A DNA stretch of 35,664 nt from a virus (Duplodnaviria > Caudoviricetes): positions 1 to 35,664 of the IMG/VR virus record IMGVR_UViG_3300020727_000045; one strand, written 5' to 3'. The position numbers and the translations under genes were made by a program. Position 1 is the stretch's first letter; the number at the start of each line of letters is the position of its first letter. This document shows positions 9,156 to 19,292 of the stretch, piece after piece. Below the pieces are notes generated by a model, which was given only the letters and a program-made list of their open reading frames with translations, was not told where the DNA came from and did not search any database.

Positions 9156-11287
9156 TTTTCACCTACACTTGATTTAAGGTTAGCAGCCACAATGACCGCA
9201 TTAATTGGATCAGTTACCACTAATTCAAATACTCGATCTCTAGTCATGCCTAATCTTCGCCAAATAGCACGATTCTTATATTTACCAATCTTACCAATAC
9301 TTTTCCAATGCTCATTTGACCAAGTAGAGCCACCATCGTCTGACCATCTCATCATTGCTTGAGGATCAGCACCCACAGTTTCAACATTTAATGGAGTAGT
9401 AATGCCAGTTAAACCAACACCAGGCTGAAAGTACACTTGTAATTCATCAAAGTATTCACGCTGATAATCGCTGACTAAATGCGTTGTTCTTCTTAATCTG
9501 CGTATTGGTTGGCCATTATCTGTAAAATTAGTAGGGTCTAACTCGTAAATATTACCATTTTGCCAATCACCTATTAGCATCATATTTTGAAAGTTGATGC
9601 AACAATTGCCTCTGTGCCGGTGATATTGGTTCATGTCATCGCAGTAAAGCCACTTGTGCCACATTGAGGTTGCTACGTCATAGCACCATGTAATATCTAG
9701 GCTTGGAAAGGATAAAACATAAACCTCATGCCCACCTTGTTGATAAGTCCAAGCAATTGCATCACTTACATCCTGATTAATGAATGTGTTTTCGACTGCG
9801 TGAGTCGATATTCTTGTAGGAAAATATCCATTCATCATTACTACTTCAGCTTGACCACGAATATTCTTACTTAAATAAGCAAATGAATTACCTAGTCTTG
9901 CAATACTGAACTTGGCAGCAATACCATGTTGTGAGCTTGAGCCTGGTATTCTTTGAAATGGAAATGGAAATGAGCCTACATCTGCCCATACTTCGCTTGT
10001 AGTTTCACCTAATAAATAAACTTGCCCATGATCTGCAATAACAGTTACTAAATTGTCTGGTCCTGTAAACTTACTAGCAAAACTTAATGGTGGTGTAATT
10101 GGACTGAGGATATTGGACGCTGCCCATTGTTGAGTATTAGGATTATTGTAAATAAAGTAATTGTCGACAACATCCACAGAGCTTGCACCACTAAATGCAC
10201 CATCAGTGGATGGCATCACTGAGAAATTGAGTGCATACATGGTCTCGGATGCTACGGTCTGGCTATTATTAATTACATAATTGCCTGTGCCACCAGCACC
10301 AGTTCCAAAAGATAAAGTTAAGGTTAAACCTGTGCCACTTCCTGTGGTTGAAGTAGATACGTTATTTGTTGGGTTAGAAGTATAAGCACCCACATTTTGC
10401 ACAGATAAGCCTGTAACTGCACCAGAGCCACCAATTGAAGTTACTGTATAAGTCTGTGGTGTATTGCCATAAACACCCCCTAAAACTGTAATCGTGTCAT
10501 TGACTGCATAACCTGTTCCTGCTGTTGCAATACTTTGGCTCAATACTGTGCCTGATCCATAAGTAGTAATAATCGTGTTTGCAGTTACTCCAGCACCTTG
10601 AATGGTTTGTCCATTGTATAAAGTGCCACTTGTTGCAGTAACAGTTAAAGTTGTGCCTGACATCGATGCAGTAAGAGTTGATGCTACTGCTGCCGAGTTC
10701 ATTTGTTCTGTGGCAATGGTCAATGAAGTATTGATTGTGTAAGTTCCAACTCCACCTGATCCTGAGCCTAATGCAGTGATTACCACTTCATTGCCGATAC
10801 CTAAGCCGAATAAAGATTGACCTACTGCAATTGTGCCAGACTGCATTAAAGACACAGTCAATGTTGTTCCGGAGATTGAACCTCTAAATATAGCTGACGC
10901 AGGATTACTAATACGCCAAGTATAACGATAAGAACCATCAACAATATAGACGTTTTGACCATTGTCTGTAATTCCTACAATACCACTACTGGTATTTAAT
11001 TGACCTACTAATGTTGGGGTTAGATTAGACGTTAAAACATAAACATAAGGCCCACAAACTGCAACAGCATATTGCCCACCACTAACAGTTCTCATTCCTC
11101 GCACTTCAGCCATTGCTGACAAAACTGCTTTAGCAGATAAACCTGGCGTTGGATATAAGGCCACTACACCATTTTGACCGGCTTGTTTGGTGATATCTAT
11201 TTCTGTACGAAAATTGATGCAATCTTCGCCATTGACATAAATCGATGGTGCAACATAGGAAGGGCCAACAAAGCCAAAATCTGCCAT
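9152..11287 (-). CDS. packaged-DNA stabilisation / tail hub protein (P22 gp10-like)
   Basis: LYPTPGL, RISTHAVE, WSDDGGSTWS, WRRLGMTRDRVFE motifs. Confidence 0.88.
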   Translation of the reverse strand: MADFGFVGPSYVAPSIYVNGEDCINFRTEIDITKQAGQNGVVALYPTPGLSAKAVLSAMAEVRGMRTVSGGQYAVAVCGPYVYVLTSNLTPTLVGQLNTSSGIVGITDNGQNVYIVDGSYRYTWRISNPASAIFRGSISGTTLTVSLMQSGTIAVGQSLFGLGIGNEVVITALGSGSGGVGTYTINTSLTIATEQMNSAAVASTLTASMSGTTLTVTATSGTLYNGQTIQGAGVTANTIITTYGSGTVLSQSIATAGTGYAVNDTITVLGGVYGNTPQTYTVTSIGGSGAVTGLSVQNVGAYTSNPTNNVSTSTTGSGTGLTLTLSFGTGAGGTGNYVINNSQTVASETMYALNFSVMPSTDGAFSGASSVDVVDNYFIYNNPNTQQWAASNILSPITPPLSFASKFTGPDNLVTVIADHGQVYLLGETTSEVWADVGSFPFPFQRIPGSSSQHGIAAKFSIARLGNSFAYLSKNIRGQAEVVMMNGYFPTRISTHAVENTFINQDVSDAIAWTYQQGGHEVYVLSFPSLDITWCYDVATSMWHKWLYCDDMNQYHRHRGNCCINFQNMMLIGDWQNGNIYELDPTNFTDNGQPIRRLRRTTHLVSDYQREYFDELQVYFQPGVGLTGITTPLNVETVGADPQAMMRWSDDGGSTWSNEHWKSIGKIGKYKNRAIWRRLGMTRDRVFELVVTDPINAVIVAANLKSSVGEN

Positions 11288-11862
11288 TACTTAGATTCCT
11301 TATAAGAATCGCCACGCAATAAAGTTTTCATGCTTGCTAGGCTTATTTCAAATTTAATAGCCAATTCTCTTGCACTCATACCATTCTTCCTAAGTAATCT
11401 GGCTTCCCTTGCCTGTAACATTGAAAGTTTGCAACGAGGTCCTTTGTCTTGCGAAAAATCAGCGCTTCTACCTTTTGCAACTTTATCAAGCATATTGTCA
11501 CGATGAGTGCCAACAAATAAATGTTTTGGATTGCAACAAGAAGGGTTATCGCAAGTATGTAAGAGAAAACCACTTTCATCAGTTGATTTAGGTGCGTTAA
11601 GGCTAATCGTGTTTGGATAAGCCAACGAGTAAATAACTCGATGAGCATAATATCCTTTATCGTTAATCCACGTTCTGCCATAACCATCATCGTTTTTAAA
11701 ACCTTTCCATTCCCAACATTCTTCATCACTTTTTTTATCCACTTTACTCCAAAGTGTTTCAGGAGTATTTGCTAATCTGCCAGGGTTATTTGCTTTAATT
11801 CCTAATTTTTTTCTGTTGTAATAATTTCTTTGATATTCTGCGTTTTTTGCTTTCTTGTCCAT
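11287..11862 (-). CDS. free-standing HNH homing endonuclease
   Basis: CWEWKG...GYG...AHRV...HTCDNPSCCNPKHL...THRDN plus C-terminal HTH; start MDKK after AGGAG. Confidence 0.9.
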   Translation of the reverse strand: MDKKAKNAEYQRNYYNRKKLGIKANNPGRLANTPETLWSKVDKKSDEECWEWKGFKNDDGYGRTWINDKGYYAHRVIYSLAYPNTISLNAPKSTDESGFLLHTCDNPSCCNPKHLFVGTHRDNMLDKVAKGRSADFSQDKGPRCKLSMLQAREARLLRKNGMSARELAIKFEISLASMKTLLRGDSYKESK

Positions 11863-11901
11863 AATTGGTTCTCCTATTAAATAACCAATTACAGTATAAC
11901 A
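11859..11901 (-). promoter_or_regulatory. extended -10 promoter plus start-codon-sequestering hairpin of the HNH gene
   Basis: TGtTATACT (-10 at 11898-11893); arms CTGTAATTGGTT (11894-11883) and AACCAATTATGG (11870-11859). Confidence 0.6.
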
Positions 11902-11912
11902 TAATAAAACCT

Positions 11913-12884
11913 CTAACGAAAGAAACCCCCCGAAAGTATCCAACCGCTATCTTTCTGTCTACTACTTAATAACGCATCAGCAAACCTTGCATTCTGTACC
12001 GGCTTCATATTGGTACGTTTAATAGTGCTTTTAGACTGTGCTGCGTAATTCTGAATTAAACCAATTTGCGTTGGTGAGGCTTTGCCATACATCGGCATTA
12101 ATCGTTCTGCTAAACACCATCTTAGGCACATATTGTAGCCTTGAGGTAAATTGATTACATCATTCTGATTAACGAATCTTGCTAGAATAGTATTCGCGAA
12201 TAAGTGCATTTCACCCTGTGATGGATTAGGCCACACAAAGATATTACCGAGTGTTTCTGTTGGCTGATAATAGATTGCTTTAGGCCAAGGACCAGATAAA
12301 GTCTTTAAACCAATCATTTCATAATTTTCAACGCTCAATACTGCACAAGGGTAATCTAAGCCACCATTTAATATTGGCTGACCATTACTGTTTGTATTGA
12401 CTCGAACAAATGCAGTATCAATTACTAATGGTCTTTGGTAATAAGAATTGATTGTTGTAGAAGATGCAGTTTGACTAATATTAACTGTATATGTGCCTGC
12501 TTCATTAATATTGCCACCAGCACCAGTACCAAAGCCTACGATAGTTGTGCCATTACTGATGCCTAAACCTGATAAGGTTTGGCCTAGAGCAATTGCACCA
12601 CTCTGAATTGCAGTAATGGTTAAGGTTGTGCCAGAGATTGAGCCTGTAAAGACTGCACCAATCTGCCCACCTGGTCCAATTGTGTATTGCGTTTGCCCTG
12701 GTGTTACTGGAAAGATAATTTCAGTCTTATAGTAAATCATCATGGATTCATTAGACCATTGATCTAACATATCATTGAGCATATCAAAGGCATCTTGTGC
12801 ATCTTCAGGAGCAGGAGTTTCTCCGGCAGCCAAAGCACCAATGTCCTTTAATGCTCTGCTGATAATGTCAATTGGCTGTGTCAT
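11913..12884 (-). CDS. head-tail adaptor (P22 gp4-like)
   Basis: [19 protein letters not shown]...LNDMLDQW and LPQGY...[10 protein letters not shown] motifs; just upstream of the gp10-like gene. Confidence 0.8.
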   Translation of the reverse strand: MTQPIDIISRALKDIGALAAGETPAPEDAQDAFDMLNDMLDQWSNESMMIYYKTEIIFPVTPGQTQYTIGPGGQIGAVFTGSISGTTLTITAIQSGAIALGQTLSGLGISNGTTIVGFGTGAGGNINEAGTYTVNISQTASSTTINSYYQRPLVIDTAFVRVNTNSNGQPILNGGLDYPCAVLSVENYEMIGLKTLSGPWPKAIYYQPTETLGNIFVWPNPSQGEMHLFANTILARFVNQNDVINLPQGYNMCLRWCLAERLMPMYGKASPTQIGLIQNYAAQSKSTIKRTNMKPVQNARFADALLSSRQKDSGWILSGGFFR

Positions 12885-13201
12885 ATCTTTATCCTAAAAA
12901 TATTAGGCTTCCAAGGAAGTCCTGTTTCTTTGTGTTCTAAAGCCTCAAACTGTCTTTCGATTCCACTCTTTACATGGCTTTGACCATCTCGTTCTGTTTC
13001 TTTTTCAAGCCAATCAATGCAGTTTAGCTCTGTTACATCTTCTAAAGGAATACCCATTTCTGGATCAGTAAAGAACATTGTTCCTTCAGAATCTATGCTC
13101 ATTTTCCCATTAAATCCTGTGCAAAGATACTTTATGCCAGTAATTAACTCGCCTTTAGTATATAAATTTAAAATCTTCCAAGTATATGAAATCATGCCCA
13201 C
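12881..13201 (-). CDS. hypothetical tail-fibre-associated protein
   Basis: 106 aa, YTWKI...IPLEDVTE...W...GLPW pattern. Confidence 0.7.
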   Translation of the reverse strand: MGMISYTWKILNLYTKGELITGIKYLCTGFNGKMSIDSEGTMFFTDPEMGIPLEDVTELNCIDWLEKETERDGQSHVKSGIERQFEALEHKETGLPWKPNIFRIKI

Positions 13202-13521
13202 ACCCTAATAGGATCTGTTAGATAAACAATATATGGCTTTAATGGTTCAATATCCTCATCATCCAATAACCGAATATTAACCCCATAGTTAGGTGGTGGA
13301 TAAGGAATTGGCACATAATCCTCAGGTGTTGGAATTGGTGGTCGCTGATAGACTGTTCCAATAACCGAGATGTTCTGATAGTTTGGTGTCATGTATGATT
13401 CAGTTTTAACAACCTCTGTTGGGTTGCCATTTTCATCGAGTTCATATTCTGTTGGCACAATGGTATAAAGAATCGGTAAGGATTCGGCTTCGTCTGTAAA
13501 GGATAAGTAAATATCTTGCAT
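13192..13521 (-). CDS. hypothetical protein, possible fibre chaperone
   Basis: 109 aa directly after the fibre gene; DIYLSF...P.RVWA pattern. Confidence 0.65.
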   Translation of the reverse strand: MQDIYLSFTDEAESLPILYTIVPTEYELDENGNPTEVVKTESYMTPNYQNISVIGTVYQRPPIPTPEDYVPIPYPPPNYGVNIRLLDDEDIEPLKPYIVYLTDPIRVWA

Positions 13522-13523
13522 AA

Positions 13524-15386
13524 TTATGTCGTGAGTGCCTGAATTTGAGCGTTGGTTAATGCGGTTGGGTAATATGAAATCTTTTTAATGCGACCATTTA
13601 AATACAAACCAGAACTATCCCCTCCAATATTCATTTGTGATAACGATGAAGGTAATATTGCACTTGCAGTTACAACAGTTCCACCATTAACAACTGCTGC
13701 GTAACTATTTACCGCATAGCTACCCGCTTCTTTTGCTCCAGTAGCCCATGTCCCGCCCGATGGAGTTAAAGATACTACTTGAGATCCACTTGCAAAAACT
13801 CTAAAATACCCATTCCCCGCTTGAGATAATCTAATAAAGTTACTTGTTGAACCACTATTAATATCTATTGCAGTAGAATTTGAAGATGATGAACTAAATT
13901 CACTATATAAAGTGCCTTGACTTGCATTAAACCAACTAGAGAAATTCGTTCCTGTCATTTGTGCTACATCCGCAGCCCTTGTTACTTGTGCTGAAGTAGT
14001 GGCTATATACGAGGTAGGAAATGCGAGGGCTTCTAGTTGTGCTCCCCAAATGTAGATGCCTGAATAGCCATTACCTGTGTAAGAATCTACACCATTTGAA
14101 GCACCTGTCGCAGGCACAGAACCAATATAAACTCCTGGCTTAGCATTTCCTGAAGCACTAGCTGTTGCAGTTATTGAAAAACGCCACCATCCATTGCCTA
14201 AATTGGTAGAAGTTGTTACCAATGCACTTGAATTTTTTTGAACAGTTCCATCAATTAAAGAAAATTGAACTCCATTGCCTAACCATCCATTTCCAATATC
14301 ACCTGACAAAGTTATATAATTTCTAGTCCACGCTTTTGCTTCTACCGACCATGTGTATTGTTGTCCTGATGTAATAGTTTGTGAGCCATAATTACCGCAC
14401 CCATGACTATTGGTTACAGTTGTATCTTCTATTAATAATTGTGCAGTCTGTGTACCATCAGGTGCTATACCAGCAGTTTGTGTTATTGAACTTCTTATTT
14501 TAACCCAAGTTGAATCGCTAAATAGTTGTGAATAAGTCAGTAAATTCGTACTACTCTGCTCAATCAATAAACCTAAACTTTCCCCTGTTGTAGGATTAAA
14601 ATCAAATCTAGGTGCGTTAATTGGTGCTGTTAGTAGTTGAGGGATGTAGTTCGTTATTGCTGTGGTAGTTGTAGCGTTGTAGGCAGTTACGGATGTGCGT
14701 TGTTCTAACTGAGCACCCCAAATGTAAATTGATTCTGTTCCAACAGCAGTCCAAGTGTAGTTTCCATAAGGTCCAATACTAGGAGTTCCTGTGTTAGATA
14801 ATTGAATAAAACCGCCACCCCCAGTTGTTGATGAACCACCACTTTGAGTGACGGTAATACTTACTCTGTAAAATCCATTTGCTTGAGCAACAATAGAGGT
14901 TGCGTTAACAGTTGCAGAACTACCATTTTGAGTTGATGTTATTGTTCCACCAATTAAATCTACTACTACAGCACCCCATGAACCTACTCCTGAATTGCCA
15001 TAAATTTTTAAATATGCATATTGATTGGTTAAATATTTTAAAGATGCACTAAAAGTATATGTAATAGCATTTGTTACAGGTGTATACTCACCAATGTAAG
15101 GATTAACTGCTACACCTGCTGGAGTTAAAAAAGTTGATGCTGTTGTTGTTCCGTCAGGTGCAGTTGTAGTGTTTCCTGTAATAGTTGAATTAGTTTGCCA
15201 AATCCCATTAGTAAATGTTTGCGAATAAGTAAGTAAATTTTGCTCTGCCAATACACTCGTTTTACCATCATAATATGGTGCAGTCGTTGACCTAGAAAAA
15301 GTAACACGAGGATCAAGTTGTTGACTGTTAGCAAAATCAAGTAAAATTGATGGTTTTATAGCGGGAAAGTTAGCAGTTATTGACAT
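13524..15386 (-). CDS. fibre/spike protein with tandem carbohydrate-binding-like modules
   Basis: 620 aa, T/S/G-rich; two NLLTYSQ...APDGT...IYIWGAQLE modules; TSYIATT...VTRAAD. Confidence 0.8.
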   Translation of the reverse strand: MSITANFPAIKPSILLDFANSQQLDPRVTFSRSTTAPYYDGKTSVLAEQNLLTYSQTFTNGIWQTNSTITGNTTTAPDGTTTASTFLTPAGVAVNPYIGEYTPVTNAITYTFSASLKYLTNQYAYLKIYGNSGVGSWGAVVVDLIGGTITSTQNGSSATVNATSIVAQANGFYRVSITVTQSGGSSTTGGGGFIQLSNTGTPSIGPYGNYTWTAVGTESIYIWGAQLEQRTSVTAYNATTTTAITNYIPQLLTAPINAPRFDFNPTTGESLGLLIEQSSTNLLTYSQLFSDSTWVKIRSSITQTAGIAPDGTQTAQLLIEDTTVTNSHGCGNYGSQTITSGQQYTWSVEAKAWTRNYITLSGDIGNGWLGNGVQFSLIDGTVQKNSSALVTTSTNLGNGWWRFSITATASASGNAKPGVYIGSVPATGASNGVDSYTGNGYSGIYIWGAQLEALAFPTSYIATTSAQVTRAADVAQMTGTNFSSWFNASQGTLYSEFSSSSSNSTAIDINSGSTSNFIRLSQAGNGYFRVFASGSQVVSLTPSGGTWATGAKEAGSYAVNSYAAVVNGGTVVTASAILPSSLSQMNIGGDSSGLYLNGRIKKISYYPTALTNAQIQALTT

Positions 15387-16192
15387 TGTTGTTGCTCCTT
15401 CAATCTAACAAAATAACGCTTTCTTGATTCACTCATTTTCTTTTTGCTTTCTTCAGTATATCTAAAACCTATTTTTGCTTCAGATATTTTTTTGCGTGTT
15501 TCAGGCGAATTAACTTTGCCTAAATGATTTAATCTTTGTTTTTCTTTTACTTCTGGTCTGTTTAACGCAATTTTTAAAGACGCACTTAATTTTGCTTTAG
15601 TTTCATCACTTGCTTTTCTTCCCTTGCCAGCTTCTGATATTTTTCTTTTTGTTTCATCTGTATGTTTTTTTCCAAAAGACGGATTGTCTGCACCTACATT
15701 TTTACCTTTACGATTTTCAGATATTTTTTTCTTTGTTTCTTCCGTATGTGATTTTCCGTAAAAAGGATGTAATTCACCTGTCATTTTTGCTACTCTTTTA
15801 GCAATTGTTTCAACCGATTGTTTTTTACCATAATTAGGATTATTTGCACCAATTCTTGTAGCAACATACTGCCCTATTTTTTCTTTGGATTCCTTTGTAT
15901 GGCGATACCCACTAATCCCATCACCACCATTTGTTGCATTGGTTAATTTATATCCTAATTTTTTTAATTGATTAATTCTTTCCATTTCGCAAAGCAAAGA
16001 TAATTCTTCATCAATATCTTTTGCAACATAATTTACAGTAAAGCCATTTGCTTTATTTACTACATTTTTCCAATACGCATTTCTTTTATATGGATGGTTT
16101 GCTCTATTGCCATGTCCTTTACCAACATAGAAAATCGCACCAGTATCTTTTCTGATGTGTTCATATACATAGAAATTAGTATTTATCGCCAT
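15377..16192 (-). CDS. free-standing GIY-YIG-like homing endonuclease with NUMOD3 repeats
   Basis: FYVY...FYVGKG..R, E..RI, LTN...GG, then repeated H(T/S)EETKKKIS-type motifs; start could also be 16204. Confidence 0.88.
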   Translation of the reverse strand: MAINTNFYVYEHIRKDTGAIFYVGKGHGNRANHPYKRNAYWKNVVNKANGFTVNYVAKDIDEELSLLCEMERINQLKKLGYKLTNATNGGDGISGYRHTKESKEKIGQYVATRIGANNPNYGKKQSVETIAKRVAKMTGELHPFYGKSHTEETKKKISENRKGKNVGADNPSFGKKHTDETKRKISEAGKGRKASDETKAKLSASLKIALNRPEVKEKQRLNHLGKVNSPETRKKISEAKIGFRYTEESKKKMSESRKRYFVRLKEQQQCQ

Positions 16193-16455
16193 AAAGACTT
16201 CCAATTATGAAATACGACTGCAATATAAACAATGATTAAAACAACTAATAAAAGAGGATATTCAAGCCCAATGTAATAGCCTAAAACGCCCAACAGAGCC
16301 GACTTGATTGCTAAAGCCACATCAACATTGACATATTTAAAGACAAATGCCATGACAGGATTTTGCTCATAGCCACCTTGTTTTAAGATAGTGCGAGTGG
16401 TATACCAATCAAGTAATTGGAGAATAAAAAAGGTTAGGGAGAGAATGTATATCAT
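16183..16455 (-). CDS. small membrane protein
   Basis: 90 aa hydrophobic, LD..TT...GG.E.NP motif. Confidence 0.75.
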   Translation of the reverse strand: MIYILSLTFFILQLLDWYTTRTILKQGGYEQNPVMAFVFKYVNVDVALAIKSALLGVLGYYIGLEYPLLLVVLIIVYIAVVFHNWKSLWR

Positions 16456-18071
16456 GCGATTCGATAAGTAACAAATGTGTTAGTAGCAGTTTTAACGGTC
16501 TGGAACTGTGCTGAGGTGTTGATTGCGACTGTGGCATTACCGACATAAGTATGCCCTGTTCCAGCAGTCATTGTGATTGCACCACTTGATGAGCCTGTAT
16601 TGATGACAATCCACAAGAATGAGTTATTGACCACGCTAAGACCATTTAACACTCCAGCGTCTGTTAGTGTGCCTGTGGGTAAAGTTAAAGCCACCGCACT
16701 AGCAGAGGTTACTTGCACAATGTAAGTAAGCAATTGAGCAATTGTAAGCGTTGTTGTAGCAGTTAATGCAGTAATAGTTGGTTGAATCTGATAACCACTC
16801 GTGCCAACTAAGTTTGTAGTTGAGCCACCACCAATCTGAACTGCTTTAGCATCTTGATAGGCCATTGTGCCTAAGTATTGATTCAAAGGAATTTGATTCG
16901 CACCAGTTCCCACATCTTTTTGACTAACAATGTTGTAGCCATTTTCGATAAAAGATGTAACACTTAATGCACCTGTTGATGGATTAAATGTGTAGTTTGG
17001 ATTGGTGTACTCAGTAGTTGCAGTACCTGTTTGAGCAGTAAAATAAGTAGGGTAGTAAGTGGCATTTGTCGAGTTTGTAGAGATACCAATCGTTGATGCC
17101 GATGTGCTAATTGCTGACCATACAGGAGCTCCTGCACCATTGGATTGCAAGAAGTTACCTGCTGTACCTACCGTAGAAAAAGCGTATGCAGTTCCTGTGC
17201 CATAACCCACACCACCTGCTGTTGGTGTTGCTGATGAGTTTGTACCACCATTGGCAATCGGTAATATGCCTGTTACCCCTGTTGTTAAGGGTAAGCCTGT
17301 TGAACTTGCTAAACTACCCACCAAGTTTGTGCCTGTTACAGTAGTTGCGTTTAATGATACTAATCCTGCAATAGTACCTGTAATGCCACCTAGTGCTATA
17401 GAAGTGCTACCTATTGTTACCGAGTTATTCGTTAAAGCACTATTCGGTATGTTGGTTAAAGACGCACCTGAGCCACTAAATAAGGTTGCAGTAAACTTTC
17501 CTGTTGATGGCTGATATTGTAGTTTAGTAGAGGAAGTTTCAACAATATTGGTCGAGCCAGATGTTGCACTATAAAATAAAGGGTAATAAGTCGCAGTATC
17601 AGTAGTTTGATCAGAAATTGTTACTGAAGTTGCAACAGTTGACCAAGATGGTGCTGATGTGCCATTACTTAATAAGAATTGCCCAGTAGATCCTGCTGCT
17701 AAATAGGCAGTTGAGCCAATAGCATTTTGGTAAACAATCTGCCCAGCACCACCACCACTTAAATTATTAGCAGTATTAGCAGTTCCATTAAGTGTGCCAA
17801 AGAATGTAGGAGCAGAAAATACCCCTGTGCCTGGATTCCATGTCAAACTTGGTGAGGCAATGGCTAGACCTGTTACTTGCCCACTTGTTGCACTTGTAAA
17901 CGTAGGATAAAGCGTTGCATTAACATTTGTGTTAACAATTCCAATCGATTCAGTCGCAGTAATTACAAATGGTTGACCTTGGCCGATAAAGGTATTAAAC
18001 GTGCCATCAAGGTTAAAGTATGCTTGAACTGGCAGTATATTTTGATCTACTGTTAAAGCCGGGCCGGGCAT
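16452..18071 (-). CDS. tail fibre-like structural protein
   Basis: 539 aa, T/G/S-rich, three (N/T)AT(L/Y)YP repeats and GQFLLSNG..APSW-type motifs. Confidence 0.78.
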   Translation of the reverse strand: MPGPALTVDQNILPVQAYFNLDGTFNTFIGQGQPFVITATESIGIVNTNVNATLYPTFTSATSGQVTGLAIASPSLTWNPGTGVFSAPTFFGTLNGTANTANNLSGGGAGQIVYQNAIGSTAYLAAGSTGQFLLSNGTSAPSWSTVATSVTISDQTTDTATYYPLFYSATSGSTNIVETSSTKLQYQPSTGKFTATLFSGSGASLTNIPNSALTNNSVTIGSTSIALGGITGTIAGLVSLNATTVTGTNLVGSLASSTGLPLTTGVTGILPIANGGTNSSATPTAGGVGYGTGTAYAFSTVGTAGNFLQSNGAGAPVWSAISTSASTIGISTNSTNATYYPTYFTAQTGTATTEYTNPNYTFNPSTGALSVTSFIENGYNIVSQKDVGTGANQIPLNQYLGTMAYQDAKAVQIGGGSTTNLVGTSGYQIQPTITALTATTTLTIAQLLTYIVQVTSASAVALTLPTGTLTDAGVLNGLSVVNNSFLWIVINTGSSSGAITMTAGTGHTYVGNATVAINTSAQFQTVKTATNTFVTYRIA

Positions 18072-18080
18072 AAAAACTCC

Positions 18081-18437
18081 TTAGTTTTGGTCTACCATTG
18101 GCATTACATAAAGCGTTGTTCCTGATGTACCAATAGCAGTAATTGCAAAACTTGGTGGAACTGCAATAACTGTTGGCTGACTCATGCTGACACCTAATAC
18201 AAAACTCTGGCTTGAATTGCCACCAGTCGGTAATACCGCAGGATTAGCAGTTGTGGTTGTGCCTGCGATGGCCGGAGCAATTGTAATTGCTACAGGATTA
18301 GCTGAAGTATTCAAGAAACCACAAAAGTTGACTTGATCATTACCATTTGGAGTGATCGTTACTGATGTGGAAGAAGTGCCTGTAACTGCAATCGCAGTTG
18401 TAGGTCCTACAAAACGATATGCTGATACGTTAGCCAT
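18081..18437 (-). CDS. putative virion structural protein
   Basis: 118 aa, beta-rich, between capsid and fibre genes. Confidence 0.7.
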   Translation of the reverse strand: MANVSAYRFVGPTTAIAVTGTSSTSVTITPNGNDQVNFCGFLNTSANPVAITIAPAIAGTTTTANPAVLPTGGNSSQSFVLGVSMSQPTVIAVPPSFAITAIGTSGTTLYVMPMVDQN

Positions 18438-18440
18438 AAT

Positions 18441-18767
18441 TTAAACCATATTTAGAGGTAAAGGTCCATCAGTTCTTGTTACTGAGAAAACATAAGTTCC
18501 CGCAGCAGGTGTAACTGAAGCATTTGTTGTATTAGCGAATTGAACTGTCAAAACGCCATTTGTTAATACATCGCACTCAGCAATAATAATACCTGCTGTT
18601 TGATTACCATTTAAACCAACTGCGCTAACTTGGTCAGTAATTTGTAAGCCTGCGATATTAAAATTTTGTGCTGCTGAAGTATAAGACGCTACTGCAACAG
18701 GTGTTAAAGATGGTCCAATAAAAGTCGTGGATAAAACATTACCACGAGTGATTGTTGTAGATGGCAT
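18441..18767 (-). CDS. putative virion structural protein
   Basis: 108 aa, beta-rich, AAGGA RBS. Confidence 0.7.
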   Translation of the reverse strand: MPSTTITRGNVLSTTFIGPSLTPVAVASYTSAAQNFNIAGLQITDQVSAVGLNGNQTAGIIIAECDVLTNGVLTVQFANTTNASVTPAAGTYVFSVTRTDGPLPLNMV

Positions 18768-18812
18768 GATTATTCCTTTATAAGAAGTAACTTTAATTAT
18801 AAAACAAGTAAT

Positions 18813-18840
18813 AAAAAACCCCTAATTAAAGGGGTTTTTT
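18813..18840. terminator. bidirectional intrinsic terminator after the capsid/decoration genes
   Basis: AAAAAACCCC-TAATTAAA-GGGGTTTTTT. Confidence 0.8.
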
Positions 18841-18848
18841 ATGCTCAA

Positions 18849-19274
18849 TTAAGAGTAAGTGCTGAAATCATAGCCATAAACGTATACGTCCATTGTAGCC
18901 GCTGCACCTTGTGCAGTTCCTACGTTGAGGTATAAATTTTGACCTGATAATGTTGCTGTTGATGCAACAGTTCTCTGGCTTACTACTGTTGAGCCTGTTA
19001 ATGCGGATAAAGCAGCATTAGCAACAACACCAGTCCCACCGGCAGATGGAGCAGTAAATAGACCTGCTGCGGCTGTTGTGAGGGAAGTTGATGCGTTGGT
19101 AAATACTACGTTAGAAACAGAGTAGTTAATAGAGTTGATGATAGGCAATACTGCTTGATCACCTGTTGCGTTGACGTTTACACCTGTTGCGACTGCTAAC
19201 AAACGAATTGCTTGGTTTGATAGTACGCCTTGTGGATGAATCGTTTGTACTGATGCTGGTCCTGGATTAGACAT
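18849..19274 (-). CDS. putative capsid decoration protein
   Basis: 141 aa, strong AAGGAG RBS, co-transcribed with coat before the terminator. Confidence 0.65.
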   Translation of the reverse strand: MSNPGPASVQTIHPQGVLSNQAIRLLAVATGVNVNATGDQAVLPIINSINYSVSNVVFTNASTSLTTAAAGLFTAPSAGGTGVVANAALSALTGSTVVSQRTVASTATLSGQNLYLNVGTAQGAAATMDVYVYGYDFSTYS

Positions 19275-19292
19275 TTTATTTTCTCCTTAAAA

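Noticed and set aside
15377-16204. GIY-YIG gene as an intron-encoded ORF
   Set aside because: Both flanking genes appear intact and overlap it; no P7-like elements or spare non-coding sequence.
16170-16220. Possible AUG-sequestering hairpin for the GIY-YIG gene (CAUAA/UUAUG plus GUAUUU/AAAUAC)
   Set aside because: Short AU-rich stems in AT-rich DNA; could be chance.
13524-18071. Diversity-generating retroelement acting on fibre genes
   Set aside because: No reverse transcriptase and no adenine-specific template/variable repeat pair seen.
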